Positions 20,901 through 29,423 of a stretch of DNA of 64,000 nt are shown in pieces. A model generated the notes under the pieces. The model was not told the origin of the DNA, did no database searches, and saw nothing but the letters and a program-made list of their open reading frames with translations. A program made the position numbers and the translations under genes. The DNA lies in IMG/VR virus record IMGVR_UViG_3300047550_002841, positions 869 to 64,868 of that record; one strand, 5' to 3'. The number at the start of each line of letters is the position of its first letter. Position 1 is the stretch's first letter. The stretch is from a virus. Its lineage: Duplodnaviria > Caudoviricetes.

Positions 20901-22636
20901 AAACGATTGCCACGCCAAACACTTGGTATTTGTTTAATTTCAAGACTGTGGGTAATTTGAGATGCCCACTGCGTCAAATCAGCATCGACCATTTCTTCAA
21001 TGTTTGAAATAAATAGTCGATTACTGTTGATTCGCAAACTCTTCACTTTTGTCACTTTTGCTGTAAGAGCTAGTATTTCTGCTGGGGACAATGGGAAATT
21101 GTCTTGACCATTGTTGCTGTGAACAACTTCAATTGATGTTTCGTTATTCAAACGATATCTCTGAACCATTGAAGCAGTAAAAGTATCTCCTTCATATTCA
21201 ATAGCAACCAATTCAAAATAAGCGTATTCTCCCGGGGGAATGTTATCTACTCTGAGTTTTATTGATTTGTTTGTCAGAGTCCCCGGCTGATCACCTTTTA
21301 CTAAAGAAGCACTAGTTGTGTTTGTGCTAAATACATTAATAAGACCACTAGGATACAAATAATCTGTACCCACAAAATCATCGGTCACAAAACGACCAGA
21401 ATATCTTTTGTTACCACACTTCAGTGATCCACCCCCTTCAGTACTTTCCAAGTAGGTAATTGTAGCAGATGGTGTATCTACGAACAGGGCTGTTTCTTTA
21501 TCTACTTTAGATATATCAATAGTGCCACCGTAAGCAGTCAATACTCCATCCTGCACATAAGGGTATGGTACACTCAGTGCTCGGGGTTTATTGTAGTTGT
21601 CAGTCCAATATATATTGACATCTTGCGTACGTTTTTCTACGTCAGCTTGTATCTGATAATCAACATTAAATCCTAATCTCTTAGATTTTAACAGCCTTGT
21701 ATATGTATACGAATCTGTTGCCGAGTTATATTGAACTACACCAATTTCACTTAAACTACGAAACGGTGTGATATAACTTGCTGATAGATAATTTGGAGTA
21801 GCCAAAAAGACAATGGTATCATCGCCCACACTTTCCATTCCGATAATTTTATACTTCGCCACTAACGAAGTAAAATCTACCCACTCAGAAAGTTGAACAA
21901 GTTTATCGATTATGTTTCCTGACTCAATAATCTCAAAATCATCCCATGTAGTGTGCGATACATCAAAATATCCGCTTTCACTATCGATGTAGGTAAATGA
22001 AGTATAAACAAATCCAGCACTAAACGCAGTAAGAATCGTCTGTATTTGTGTAGTAAGTGAATTCACAGGAGTCGATGTCAACTCTTGTGAGCCAGAACCT
22101 GCAGAAGTAATGTCTATAATTGAAGTTAACGCTGCATTAGAATACAACTCAATAACAGTTCCAGAAATAACTTTTACATAGTAAGATGACCCAGATACAA
22201 GTGGTGTCGCTGCCGAACCAAATAAATTCAAGTAAGTTACAAGCTGACCATTGGAAAATGAGTGAGCACCTCCAAACGTAATTCTATTTAAAACTGTATC
22301 AATACTAGAAATCAAAATGCTAGTGGGCGATAACGCGGCTGTATAAGTAGTAGGACCACTTAATACGTTGTTACGATAAATGCCAATAGATCCATTAATT
22401 AAATATGGGTAGGTGGCTTTTACATATACTCTCCAAACAGTTTCTGTAGAAGTAGGATCAGGTATAGTTACTTTTAGACTATTTCCCTTCATAGGAGAAA
22501 CAGCCTGCAAATTAGACGATGAATCATCTCTATGTCTAATATTTTGGGCATCTATATAATTACCACCAGATACACCCTGTGGGTCTGTATCCTTATCCAT
22601 GATACCATTCTGAAGTAATTTTACGTGTATTCCCAT
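17915..22636 (-). CDS. Tail nozzle / stabilization (tail tubular B-like) protein
   Basis: 1573 aa, beta-rich; N-terminal GIMDKDTDP...YIDAQNIRH, internal YWTDNYNKPR and GYMMNDTYRFGI, C-terminal RLWGRYLKIKL as in crAss-like stabilization proteins. Confidence 0.75.
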   Translation of the reverse strand: MGIHVKLLQNGIMDKDTDPQGVSGGNYIDAQNIRHRDDSSSNLQAVSPMKGNSLKVTIPDPTSTETVWRVYVKATYPYLINGSIGIYRNNVLSGPTTYTAALSPTSILISSIDTVLNRITFGGAHSFSNGQLVTYLNLFGSAATPLVSGSSYYVKVISGTVIELYSNAALTSIIDITSAGSGSQELTSTPVNSLTTQIQTILTAFSAGFVYTSFTYIDSESGYFDVSHTTWDDFEIIESGNIIDKLVQLSEWVDFTSLVAKYKIIGMESVGDDTIVFLATPNYLSASYITPFRSLSEIGVVQYNSATDSYTYTRLLKSKRLGFNVDYQIQADVEKRTQDVNIYWTDNYNKPRALSVPYPYVQDGVLTAYGGTIDISKVDKETALFVDTPSATITYLESTEGGGSLKCGNKRYSGRFVTDDFVGTDYLYPSGLINVFSTNTTSASLVKGDQPGTLTNKSIKLRVDNIPPGEYAYFELVAIEYEGDTFTASMVQRYRLNNETSIEVVHSNNGQDNFPLSPAEILALTAKVTKVKSLRINSNRLFISNIEEMVDADLTQWASQITHSLEIKQIPSVWRGNRFGKGDTNKTYPNYRFGEYQDPQNVLNYTGYMMNDTYRFGIQVQWKKTGKWSSPYWVDDIRFDLSATNCTSPTRRSANNITTTNFTNLDSDYVNIYYPKFHNINLDYQVDGEPLYRLIKAYRIVRCDRIPEVLATGLLVGGVREDTDPGLGVDNLIPYHKDVVRTPSFTFSTFPSNYCRRDHSLAFRTSSYQNDIMLGNTDNSEFGYFHSPDMYFNQVQYTYVAGDKMKVLSVPVPYDEYTLQGFNTGDYESVHQEYTGYFKNTLVPYTDFTIAEAEKFQTGEARPFGGMDKVKNGISVPPEGRTYASVNPFFSNMKACTVFKLTTKLSTIPGYTGLYATGSGTFNKEGLVYAQIFRDKGNTAKYPANKEQSVYETTNHLYIMTGNERGIQSNVSVFGGDVFTQKSHLKMRMSTYNSLNYGFGLAYSFYSQNISNTQMFYTIDHNDEQEGPGFVYPQYMEKFITGINEAGYKRAGNAYIRDWSPTFTGVATLASNVVTYAELPQGAWGTGLLYWLEQWPEVDNQNNYDSQFSVIDNVFTETGFDPNSRWDGKRPASIRFSQVKSTGSERDNYRVFKPIDVVDLDTNQGEIVDIVTVNSNLYSLQPDAFIRHYVGDTQVVNSDSGTELIIGTGGVLNNKGQQLSSFGATNKFAIAKGKTFTGDENLYWWNSRAKKLIRFAGNGVQVISDKGLISYLMNNTDWHTRQDQPITGQGVVIGYNQRFYEVVMSFTAVDPSISEFQTYTDTSYLTFVQYPINSLVVNSHSGDVLDFNYYGEPEVADRHISGVPFVYLKTVNNLDTINSVPQFGATWANRWQKLTPDTHPQYFKIFTLVYDEVKGGFIGFMTEYPNIITSRGNTYYTSKPDDQNKIYVANSGNYSTFYGVQYNGHIEGVVNIDPNLSKNFEAVQVVSDITPERLDFATRDHVSFLTSAEFEELEDFYYAPIKNDSTGTSVNSNDTSRLWGRYLKIKLRFAPNIFQKLINYVVKYRPNPRLYNK

Positions 22637-22638
22637 AG

Positions 22639-23130
22639 TTATAAATTAGCTGCTCTTTGCAGTTGATACTCCCTCTTGTAATTATCCATTACTGGTGCAT
22701 AACGATCAAAGTGTCTCCTACTGTATTTCCAACCAATATAAGCTACAAGCATACGCTCCCATTCATCCTTCAAATAAACTGTGCCATCTTCATCTACAGG
22801 ATAACCTTTGTACGATATGACGAACTTGGTACCATCTGCAATCTCTAATGCAGACATAAATATAGCGTAGTCGTTCTGAATTTCAAAATCATATGATTCA
22901 CAATATGTCTGCCCTTCGCAAGTAGATACACTTAGAATCTGATTCCAAGCGTTGGGCAATGGCAGACGAGAGTCTTCTATTTCGCTAATGTAGGTGTAAT
23001 TACGTAAATTACTACCGGATCTAAACGTCTTCAATACTTGGTTTACCAATATTTTAAACCAAAGTGCATTTTCAGAATAACTGATTTGCAATTCCTCACA
23101 GGCTGCTGCAATTACATCTTCAATTTTCAT
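22639..23130 (-). CDS. Head-tail ring/adaptor protein
   Basis: Size and position before the nozzle gene; ISYKGYPVDEDG motif. Confidence 0.6.
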   Translation of the reverse strand: MKIEDVIAAACEELQISYSENALWFKILVNQVLKTFRSGSNLRNYTYISEIEDSRLPLPNAWNQILSVSTCEGQTYCESYDFEIQNDYAIFMSALEIADGTKFVISYKGYPVDEDGTVYLKDEWERMLVAYIGWKYSRRHFDRYAPVMDNYKREYQLQRAANL

Positions 23131-23141
23131 CGGTAATCAGA

Positions 23142-23798
23142 TTAATTTTGTTTATTTGGAACAGTGTCTAACGAATCAGATATTACATCGGCTGTACGAA
23201 CCATCTTACGCATGAGTTCTACACTAATCTGCTCAACAATGTCATTCTCCATAGCCGCATCAATCGGATATTGATCGATGTCGGTACGATAGTTTGGAAC
23301 TTCGGTTGGATCGTTAAATAACGCTTTTACCAATAACTTTCTAAACTTGGGGTTTTTATAAATATGAATATAGAATTTGCCATCATAATCTGCTTGGTAA
23401 TCCCATACGATTCCTTTTTCCTTTTGAAACATTGAATGCATAGATAATGCAGTGTAGTTTGAACGAATCCGCATAAAAGGCTTTTGTGCATTCACATGAC
23501 CAACATAAATAAAACCATCATGACGATCATCCAATCTTATTACAGTCGGGCATGGAAACTTAACGACATCGCAACCTGCTTCAACTTGAGCTTCCAATAA
23601 TTCAACACTATAGGCTTGTACACACGCTTCGTTAATGCGATCACTCAACGATTGCTTAGTCAGTGCAGATAGTATAGATGCTCGAGCAGTATGTATTTTT
23701 GACTCGATATATGGTTCATCAAAGCGTGTTTCGTCAGTCGTATTTCCCCCACCAATATTAGATAGGATTCTATGTACTATTTCTCGTAGAGTACTCAT
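23142..23798 (-). CDS. Head-tail ring/adaptor protein
   Basis: MSTLREIV...KALFNDPTEV...YPID pattern of crAss-like ring proteins. Confidence 0.6.
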   Translation of the reverse strand: MSTLREIVHRILSNIGGGNTTDETRFDEPYIESKIHTARASILSALTKQSLSDRINEACVQAYSVELLEAQVEAGCDVVKFPCPTVIRLDDRHDGFIYVGHVNAQKPFMRIRSNYTALSMHSMFQKEKGIVWDYQADYDGKFYIHIYKNPKFRKLLVKALFNDPTEVPNYRTDIDQYPIDAAMENDIVEQISVELMRKMVRTADVISDSLDTVPNKQN

Positions 23799-23801
23799 CT
23801 A

Positions 23802-24626
23802 TTAAGGATTTATTGAGATGTCCGCAGCAGCATTCTGCCGAACTTCAGCATCTCGCACTTGTGCAGAATATGTCATTACACACTCATCAGCCAGACGATA
23901 CAAGAACTTTTCTGTGTATGCTGTGATCTGAGTGGCCCCAGTCGCTAAAAATATATGGCCAGTCGCACTAGTAGGTTGTGAAAAATAATCTATTGTGATT
24001 GATACTGGCTGTGGAAACAAATACAATGCTTTGTTATTGGCAGTTCCTACAATGCGGTTTTGTATTTGATACTTAGGTTGAAATATTGTAGCCGTATGAT
24101 ACACATCTTTTTTTCTGTCTGAAAACCTAGGTGTAGCTTCAAAAGTTCTGGTCAAGTATACAGCAGCTGCCGGATCTACAGGAGTAGCACTGCTAATAGT
24201 AAATGTTGTTTTAGTAGTTGCCGTAACTACTCCAGTAACTGCGATTACTTTGATTGTATCGCCAACCCTAACTGTATGACCAGTAGAAGTAAATACTGTA
24301 GTATACGGACCTGCACCTGTAGTAACACGAGTAAGAACGCCTAGCAACGTATCAAATGTACATGCCACTCGGAACAAGTGCATGTAAGTTCTATCCAAAC
24401 CTGTTAGATCAAAATAAGGATTTGATACAGTTTTAACCTCATCCTTAATTAAAAGACTCCAGAGTTCATCGTATTCTTTTTGAGCATCGAGATCCCTGTA
24501 AGTTCTTTCACACAAACGGTATATTGTTTCCTCAATAATACGATTAGCTTTGCCAGTGTCTATATAGGCACTGTAGGCTTTATCGATTTTTTGTTGAAGT
24601 AATGTGTAAAATTCAGCCCCGGTCAT
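23802..24626 (-). CDS. Head-tail ring/adaptor protein with inserted Thr-rich beta domain
   Basis: MTGAEF...KIDK N-terminus and IDYFSQP motif; first of three ring genes. Confidence 0.55.
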   Translation of the reverse strand: MTGAEFYTLLQQKIDKAYSAYIDTGKANRIIEETIYRLCERTYRDLDAQKEYDELWSLLIKDEVKTVSNPYFDLTGLDRTYMHLFRVACTFDTLLGVLTRVTTGAGPYTTVFTSTGHTVRVGDTIKVIAVTGVVTATTKTTFTISSATPVDPAAAVYLTRTFEATPRFSDRKKDVYHTATIFQPKYQIQNRIVGTANNKALYLFPQPVSITIDYFSQPTSATGHIFLATGATQITAYTEKFLYRLADECVMTYSAQVRDAEVRQNAAADISINP

Positions 24627-24632
24627 TTAACA

Positions 24633-24640
24633 CAAATATA
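24633..24640 (-). promoter_or_regulatory. TAnnTTTG promoter element for the ring genes
   Basis: TATATTTG 6 nt before the ATG at 24626. Confidence 0.6.
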
Positions 24641-24655
24641 CAAAAATTAATTATT

Positions 24656-25255
24656 TCAATCGAATATACTTTTTTGTCTCTTCAAATCCTCTACTTTGTT
24701 TTTGTAATGCTCTATCAGATCAAGCATTTCATCAGTCGTATACTTTTTCACTTGTTTTGAAAGTAGAACCATTTTGTCAGCCATGCCAGTACCGTATTTA
24801 ATATCCAGTCGCTTCCCGAATTCGTACTGCATACCACTTAATCCAACATTACACGCATAGCATTGGGGTGCACAATTGTGTTCATGAAACCGAGTGGACA
24901 TAAATCTTCTAGACTGAAAATGCCCATTCTGTATTGCTTTAAAATACTCTTGTCGGTCACAAGTAAAACATTTTACCCTGCCTTGATTATCTGAATTGAC
25001 CAATCTAATGTACAGTGAAAAAAAGATGTCTAGTTTTTTGGTCAGTTGAGATATACTGAGTCGTTTCTTTTCTCTTTTGACTGCTTTTCTCTCCTGAGCT
25101 TTTTCTTTAGCGTATTTTTTGTAGCACGTCAAGCAGAGTTTTTTCCTAAAATTCGCATACGGACGATCTCGTTTACAACCAGAACATACACTTTCTTTTA
25201 CTCGCTTTACGGCCTCTCCCTTAATTGGAGTTTTCTTTTCTTTTTTCTGAATCAT
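24656..25255 (-). CDS. NinG/Rap-like endonuclease
   Basis: LDIFFSLYIRL...CFTC...GHFQSRR...TRF...NCAPQCYACN matches the lambda NinG family pattern; extra N-terminal CxxC...CxxC. Confidence 0.8.
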   Translation of the reverse strand: MIQKKEKKTPIKGEAVKRVKESVCSGCKRDRPYANFRKKLCLTCYKKYAKEKAQERKAVKREKKRLSISQLTKKLDIFFSLYIRLVNSDNQGRVKCFTCDRQEYFKAIQNGHFQSRRFMSTRFHEHNCAPQCYACNVGLSGMQYEFGKRLDIKYGTGMADKMVLLSKQVKKYTTDEMLDLIEHYKNKVEDLKRQKSIFD

Positions 25256-25263
25256 GTGGCATC

Positions 25264-25293
25264 AAATAAAAAACCCCTCCTAAGAGGGGTTTC
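25264..25293 (-). terminator. Rho-independent terminator
   Basis: Minus strand AAACCCCTC-TTAG-GAGGGGTTT followed by a T-run. Confidence 0.75.
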
Positions 25294-25312
25294 ATGTGAA
25301 CGAATAAACTCC

Positions 25313-26176
25313 TTAGACGGTCAAACCATCAACAAGGGCGGTCTTCTTTTCTCGTGTTTTCTTAACCTCCTTGATCTTTTCGGCAACTACCTCAGTAATA
25401 TCTGATTTAGTCATGTCGTCAAGATTTTTAGCAGGTTGAGTAACAGCTTTATCTACTTCTGGAACAATAAAGCCATAAAATAAATCTTTGTCGCTATTAC
25501 ACATGTCGACTACGTCCCTCTCAGTAGGACCAAGAGTACGACCACCAACACGATAAAAACCACTTTCATACTTAATCAAGCCAAGCGTAATTGCCTTATT
25601 GGCATACACTTTAACCTTTTTGTCTGAATCTACTGCATTATAGAAATAATCAAATACGTTTTTACGTACGATAGCTTCCCCTGTTAAGTTTGGACCAACC
25701 AAACGAGAAATCAATTCCTTGTGCGACAAGCTTCTGGCATCGATTCCCAAAGCAAAGGCCAAATCATATTTTTCTTCAAATGACAATGACATGCATTTCA
25801 ATGCTGTGTCAAAGTTTTCTCCCAACTTTGCTACTTCATTGTCGATGATTTTGTGTTGCAAAACCAATGTAAACAAAGCATTTATCAAATTAGGATTGTC
25901 ATGTCCTTCAGATAAGACCAATGGGTGATTCATGTAAAAATCGACTACCGCTAGTTCATAAGGATTAGAATCCTCATATTCCAACGTGTAGATCGCACCG
26001 TCATTTAGCAGTACGTCAAATTGTTTAAATGAACCATCTTGTTCAAAGTCTGAAATAATACGTTTACCGTTTTCTACACAGTAAAGATGTTTACGACTCA
26101 CTTTGTCGTAGTAAGCTCCTTGCAAGGTATAGGTACCTTTGGGAGAGCGAGATGATAAGAGTATTTTACGTAACAT
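25313..26176 (-). CDS. Conserved head-module hypothetical protein
   Basis: 287-aa ORF downstream of the capsid genes. Confidence 0.5.
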   Translation of the reverse strand: MLRKILLSSRSPKGTYTLQGAYYDKVSRKHLYCVENGKRIISDFEQDGSFKQFDVLLNDGAIYTLEYEDSNPYELAVVDFYMNHPLVLSEGHDNPNLINALFTLVLQHKIIDNEVAKLGENFDTALKCMSLSFEEKYDLAFALGIDARSLSHKELISRLVGPNLTGEAIVRKNVFDYFYNAVDSDKKVKVYANKAITLGLIKYESGFYRVGGRTLGPTERDVVDMCNSDKDLFYGFIVPEVDKAVTQPAKNLDDMTKSDITEVVAEKIKEVKKTREKKTALVDGLTV

Positions 26177-26212
26177 ATAAATATTTGTCGAAGATAAAGA
26201 AATAAACCAAAT

Positions 26213-26240
26213 AAAAAAATGGGGGAGTCTCCCCCCCCAT
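26213..26240 (-). terminator. Rho-independent terminator after capsid/decoration genes
   Basis: Minus strand ATGGGGG...CCCCCAT stem followed by TTTTTT. Confidence 0.75.
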
Positions 26241-26257
26241 TAAAAGCACCAAATTAA

Positions 26258-26995
26258 TTACAAGTTGTAAGTTGCAGGTGAAGACAACGGAGCAGCAATG
26301 AATGCATCAATTGCTGTTACCAAAGTTGCGTTATTGGTAAAGATAACTTGCTCAAGGTATTCTTGTCCGGGGTTAACGTGACCAGAAGCATTACTTTGTT
26401 TTACTTTGAAGCAGTACTCAGTGTAAACTTGACCAGCTACTGCGTTGCTCAAGCCACGCAATGCCAAGTTAGCAGCCAAACCATAAGGCTTAGCAAAAGC
26501 TACAGTCTGAGCCACAGCCAAAGTACCTGCACCTACGCTAATACAGTTGATGTTCTGAGGAACAGTTGTATTAGAAGTTACAGTCACTAAGGTAGTACCG
26601 TCAGTCGCAGTTACACCGTAAGCTACACCGATTGCGTTGATAGCTGCAGTCAAACCTGCAGTAATCTCAGCAACAGTTGCAGTAGCATCAGAAGTGAAGC
26701 TAGCAGTGAAAGTCTGCAAGTTAGGACCGAAGTATCCCCAATCAGACTCTTTGTACACCTGAATAGTCACAGAGTAAACTGTGCTGTTCGTAGCGGTAGG
26801 AGTCAAAGTTTGGCTACGAGAAGTACCAGCAGCACCAGCTTGCTTAGTAACACTGTAGATACCCAAAACATCCATAGGGATAAAACGCTGAGCTTCAGGA
26901 GAAGTCAAGTCAGATCCAGAACGGTTGTTCACAAACAATTTGCCTTGGTCTACTGTCAAAGTAGTGGCGTTATTCAATAAAACTACGTTTTGCAT
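26258..26995 (-). CDS. Auxiliary capsid / decoration protein
   Basis: Directly after the MCP; Thr/Ala/Val-rich with high-expression codon usage; followed by a terminator. Confidence 0.6.
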   Translation of the reverse strand: MQNVVLLNNATTLTVDQGKLFVNNRSGSDLTSPEAQRFIPMDVLGIYSVTKQAGAAGTSRSQTLTPTATNSTVYSVTIQVYKESDWGYFGPNLQTFTASFTSDATATVAEITAGLTAAINAIGVAYGVTATDGTTLVTVTSNTTVPQNINCISVGAGTLAVAQTVAFAKPYGLAANLALRGLSNAVAGQVYTEYCFKVKQSNASGHVNPGQEYLEQVIFTNNATLVTAIDAFIAAPLSSPATYNL

Positions 26996-27006
26996 TTTCT
27001 TAAAAA

Positions 27007-28368
27007 TTAAGCGATTAATTCAACCAATCCGCAACGCTCAGCAGCGCAATACAGACCGCAATCAGAAAGAATGTGGAAATCCACACCATCAACATCGCTT
27101 GAAGCCATAGATCCGCTCATTCCGTTAGCAATTACTTGCTTCAAAGAAGAAGGATTAGAATCTTGCAAGCCGATCATACCGGGGACGTAAGCTGCCAACA
27201 TTTCATCATTGTTGAAGTGATACTTCTGCAAAGGAGAAATAGTTCCGCTACCATCAGCAGCAGGGATTGGAGTCAAATCCAATACATACATGCTGTGAGA
27301 CTGACGAGGCTTACCAGTAACACCAGACAAATCGCCTTTGAATGCATCGTCATCCAACAATGCCCAACGAACGAAGTCAATTTTGATACCAGCATAGCTG
27401 TAAGTCATTACATTCAAACCTTCAACTGATACACCACCCAAAGTGTTGGTATTACCAGCGTACTGAATGTAAGCAGACAACAAAGTTTGCAAACGAGCCA
27501 TCATAGCAGTACCCATCAAAGCGACAAGGTTACGACCATTTTCAGCACTCTTACGAACCAAAGTTTCCAAGAAATCATTAAACTGAGTTTGAGTGATTTC
27601 AGCAGTCAAAGGCAAGTATACACCGCCATTGTTGATGATAGACCAACGCAAACCAGCAGTAGTGTATGATTCACCTTGAGGACCGCTGATGATAGCACGC
27701 TCAGAGAATGCATATTTGAATTCCAAACTCTTAGAGAATTTACGGAGAGTCAAATCATCATATGAACGGTACCAGAAATCACCCTGCCACTTAACGAAAG
27801 AAGAAGCACGATCTCTACGAGCTTGGCTTGAGCTTTCACGAGTGATAGCAGTGTAAGTGTAATCAGTTTGTGGAACAAAGTTCAAAGGAGTTTTACCATT
27901 GCTGTAGCGGTTAGCAGAAGAGTCAAACAATACTTTTGCCATACTACCAGCCAAGAAGTGGGTAGCAGTAGCGAAAGTGGTGCTCACTCGCTTAACAATG
28001 ATCAAGTTTCCACCGCCAGAAGGCTTGTCAACGATGATACCTTGTACCATGTTGTTATCAGCAATAATATCACCGACACGGAAGTTAGATGCATCATCAA
28101 GAGTAACCTGCAAAGCTTCACCAGTGGCATAGCCAGTTGGAGTGGTAGAAGCAGCAGCCACACGAGAATAAACAGAAAGATTTCCAAGTGCACTGATTTC
28201 TACTTTAGGCTGAGGGCTTGAAATAGAAGCAGACAATTTGGAAGTCAACTGAGTCAAAACATTGTACCCATAATCTTGGGCGTAAACCATAGCCATTTTA
28301 TTAGGCAGGCTCAACCCCCTAAGGAGGAGCGACTGGTTTAAATCGAGGTTAGTAACTGGACTTGCCAT
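27007..28368 (-). CDS. Major capsid protein
   Basis: 453 aa in portal-scaffold-MCP order; strongly biased codon usage; LEFKYAFSER...TTAGLRWSI segment consistent with HK97-fold MCPs. Confidence 0.8.
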   Translation of the reverse strand: MASPVTNLDLNQSLLLRGLSLPNKMAMVYAQDYGYNVLTQLTSKLSASISSPQPKVEISALGNLSVYSRVAAASTTPTGYATGEALQVTLDDASNFRVGDIIADNNMVQGIIVDKPSGGGNLIIVKRVSTTFATATHFLAGSMAKVLFDSSANRYSNGKTPLNFVPQTDYTYTAITRESSSQARRDRASSFVKWQGDFWYRSYDDLTLRKFSKSLEFKYAFSERAIISGPQGESYTTAGLRWSIINNGGVYLPLTAEITQTQFNDFLETLVRKSAENGRNLVALMGTAMMARLQTLLSAYIQYAGNTNTLGGVSVEGLNVMTYSYAGIKIDFVRWALLDDDAFKGDLSGVTGKPRQSHSMYVLDLTPIPAADGSGTISPLQKYHFNNDEMLAAYVPGMIGLQDSNPSSLKQVIANGMSGSMASSDVDGVDFHILSDCGLYCAAERCGLVELIA

Positions 28369-28380
28369 TTTCTTTTTTTA

Positions 28381-29361
28381 TTATATTTTTTTGGCGGTTA
28401 GGTAGGCATTAAACGCATCATCTGCATTCGTAGCTTTGAAGCCACCTGTTGCATTTGAAGGTCCTTTGCCACTGCTAGGATTTGTTGTCGCCATCAACAT
28501 TTCTTTCCTACCAGCGTTTTTGGCTGCTGTAACATTAGTACGGACGATATCCTTTCCATACAAACGCCACAAAGCAAAATCAGCCATTAATTCTGTGTCA
28601 AGTGAACCGTCTGCACGATTTAATGAAATCTCTTTTTTCAAAAAGTTCTTGATTTTAGCCGACATTTCGTCCGTCACTTTCAAACCGTAAACTTCTTTAC
28701 CTGAAATTTCTTTCGCCAATTGATCCACTTCACTTTCAAAACGCTCAACAGTCTGACGGTACTTATCTTCTTGGACAGCATTTTTCTTAGTCAGTTGTTT
28801 CAACTTCGACTCAGATTGCTGCAAAAAGGTATTACGGTACTCCTGTATGAGTTTTTTTCTTTGGAAAAGCGACATGCCGTTGAACTCTTCAACTGCTTGT
28901 GCATAGTCATCACCATCGAATCCTTCCAACTGTTTGAGCCCTAGCTCAACAATACTGGCATCATCGAGGGTGTTATAATCCGGCAAATTAAACTCAGAGA
29001 CAAAGTCTTTGAGCGTCTTACCAGATTTTTTAAATTCACGAAGCAACTGAATGTCTTCGTCTTCATCTTGAACCTCTTGGGTTTCAGTGGGTTTAGCAGA
29101 GTTAGCGTCAGTGGTGTTAATACTTGCTGCTTCTGTCTTTTCATACCATGGGGTTTCTTCTACTTCTACAGGATCTTCTGTATTAATAACTGGTTCAGAA
29201 ACCTCAGGCGAGGGTTTAACTTGTGTAACCGAATCTGTAATTTGATCATTTACAGTGGTAGGTTCAGCTGCAACAGGTTGAACTGGCTCAACTTCCACCT
29301 TGGGCTGCTGAGGTTCTTTTTGTTGTTGCTGCAAAATTTGTTGTTCGATAGTATCGTACAT
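28381..29361 (-). CDS. Capsid scaffolding protein
   Basis: Acidic, low-complexity N-terminus and coiled coil between portal and MCP; likely start MYDTIEQ at 29361. Confidence 0.7.
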   Translation of the reverse strand: MYDTIEQQILQQQQKEPQQPKVEVEPVQPVAAEPTTVNDQITDSVTQVKPSPEVSEPVINTEDPVEVEETPWYEKTEAASINTTDANSAKPTETQEVQDEDEDIQLLREFKKSGKTLKDFVSEFNLPDYNTLDDASIVELGLKQLEGFDGDDYAQAVEEFNGMSLFQRKKLIQEYRNTFLQQSESKLKQLTKKNAVQEDKYRQTVERFESEVDQLAKEISGKEVYGLKVTDEMSAKIKNFLKKEISLNRADGSLDTELMADFALWRLYGKDIVRTNVTAAKNAGRKEMLMATTNPSSGKGPSNATGGFKATNADDAFNAYLTAKKI

Positions 29362-29367
29362 ATAGTG

Positions 29368-29375
29368 CAAAATTA
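29368..29375 (-). promoter_or_regulatory. TAnnTTTG promoter element for the scaffold/capsid genes
   Basis: TAATTTTG 6 nt before the ATG at 29361. Confidence 0.6.
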
Positions 29376-29423
29376 ATTAAATTTCCTAGAAAGCAAAGTG
29401 TTTAATAAAATATACATTTTTTA

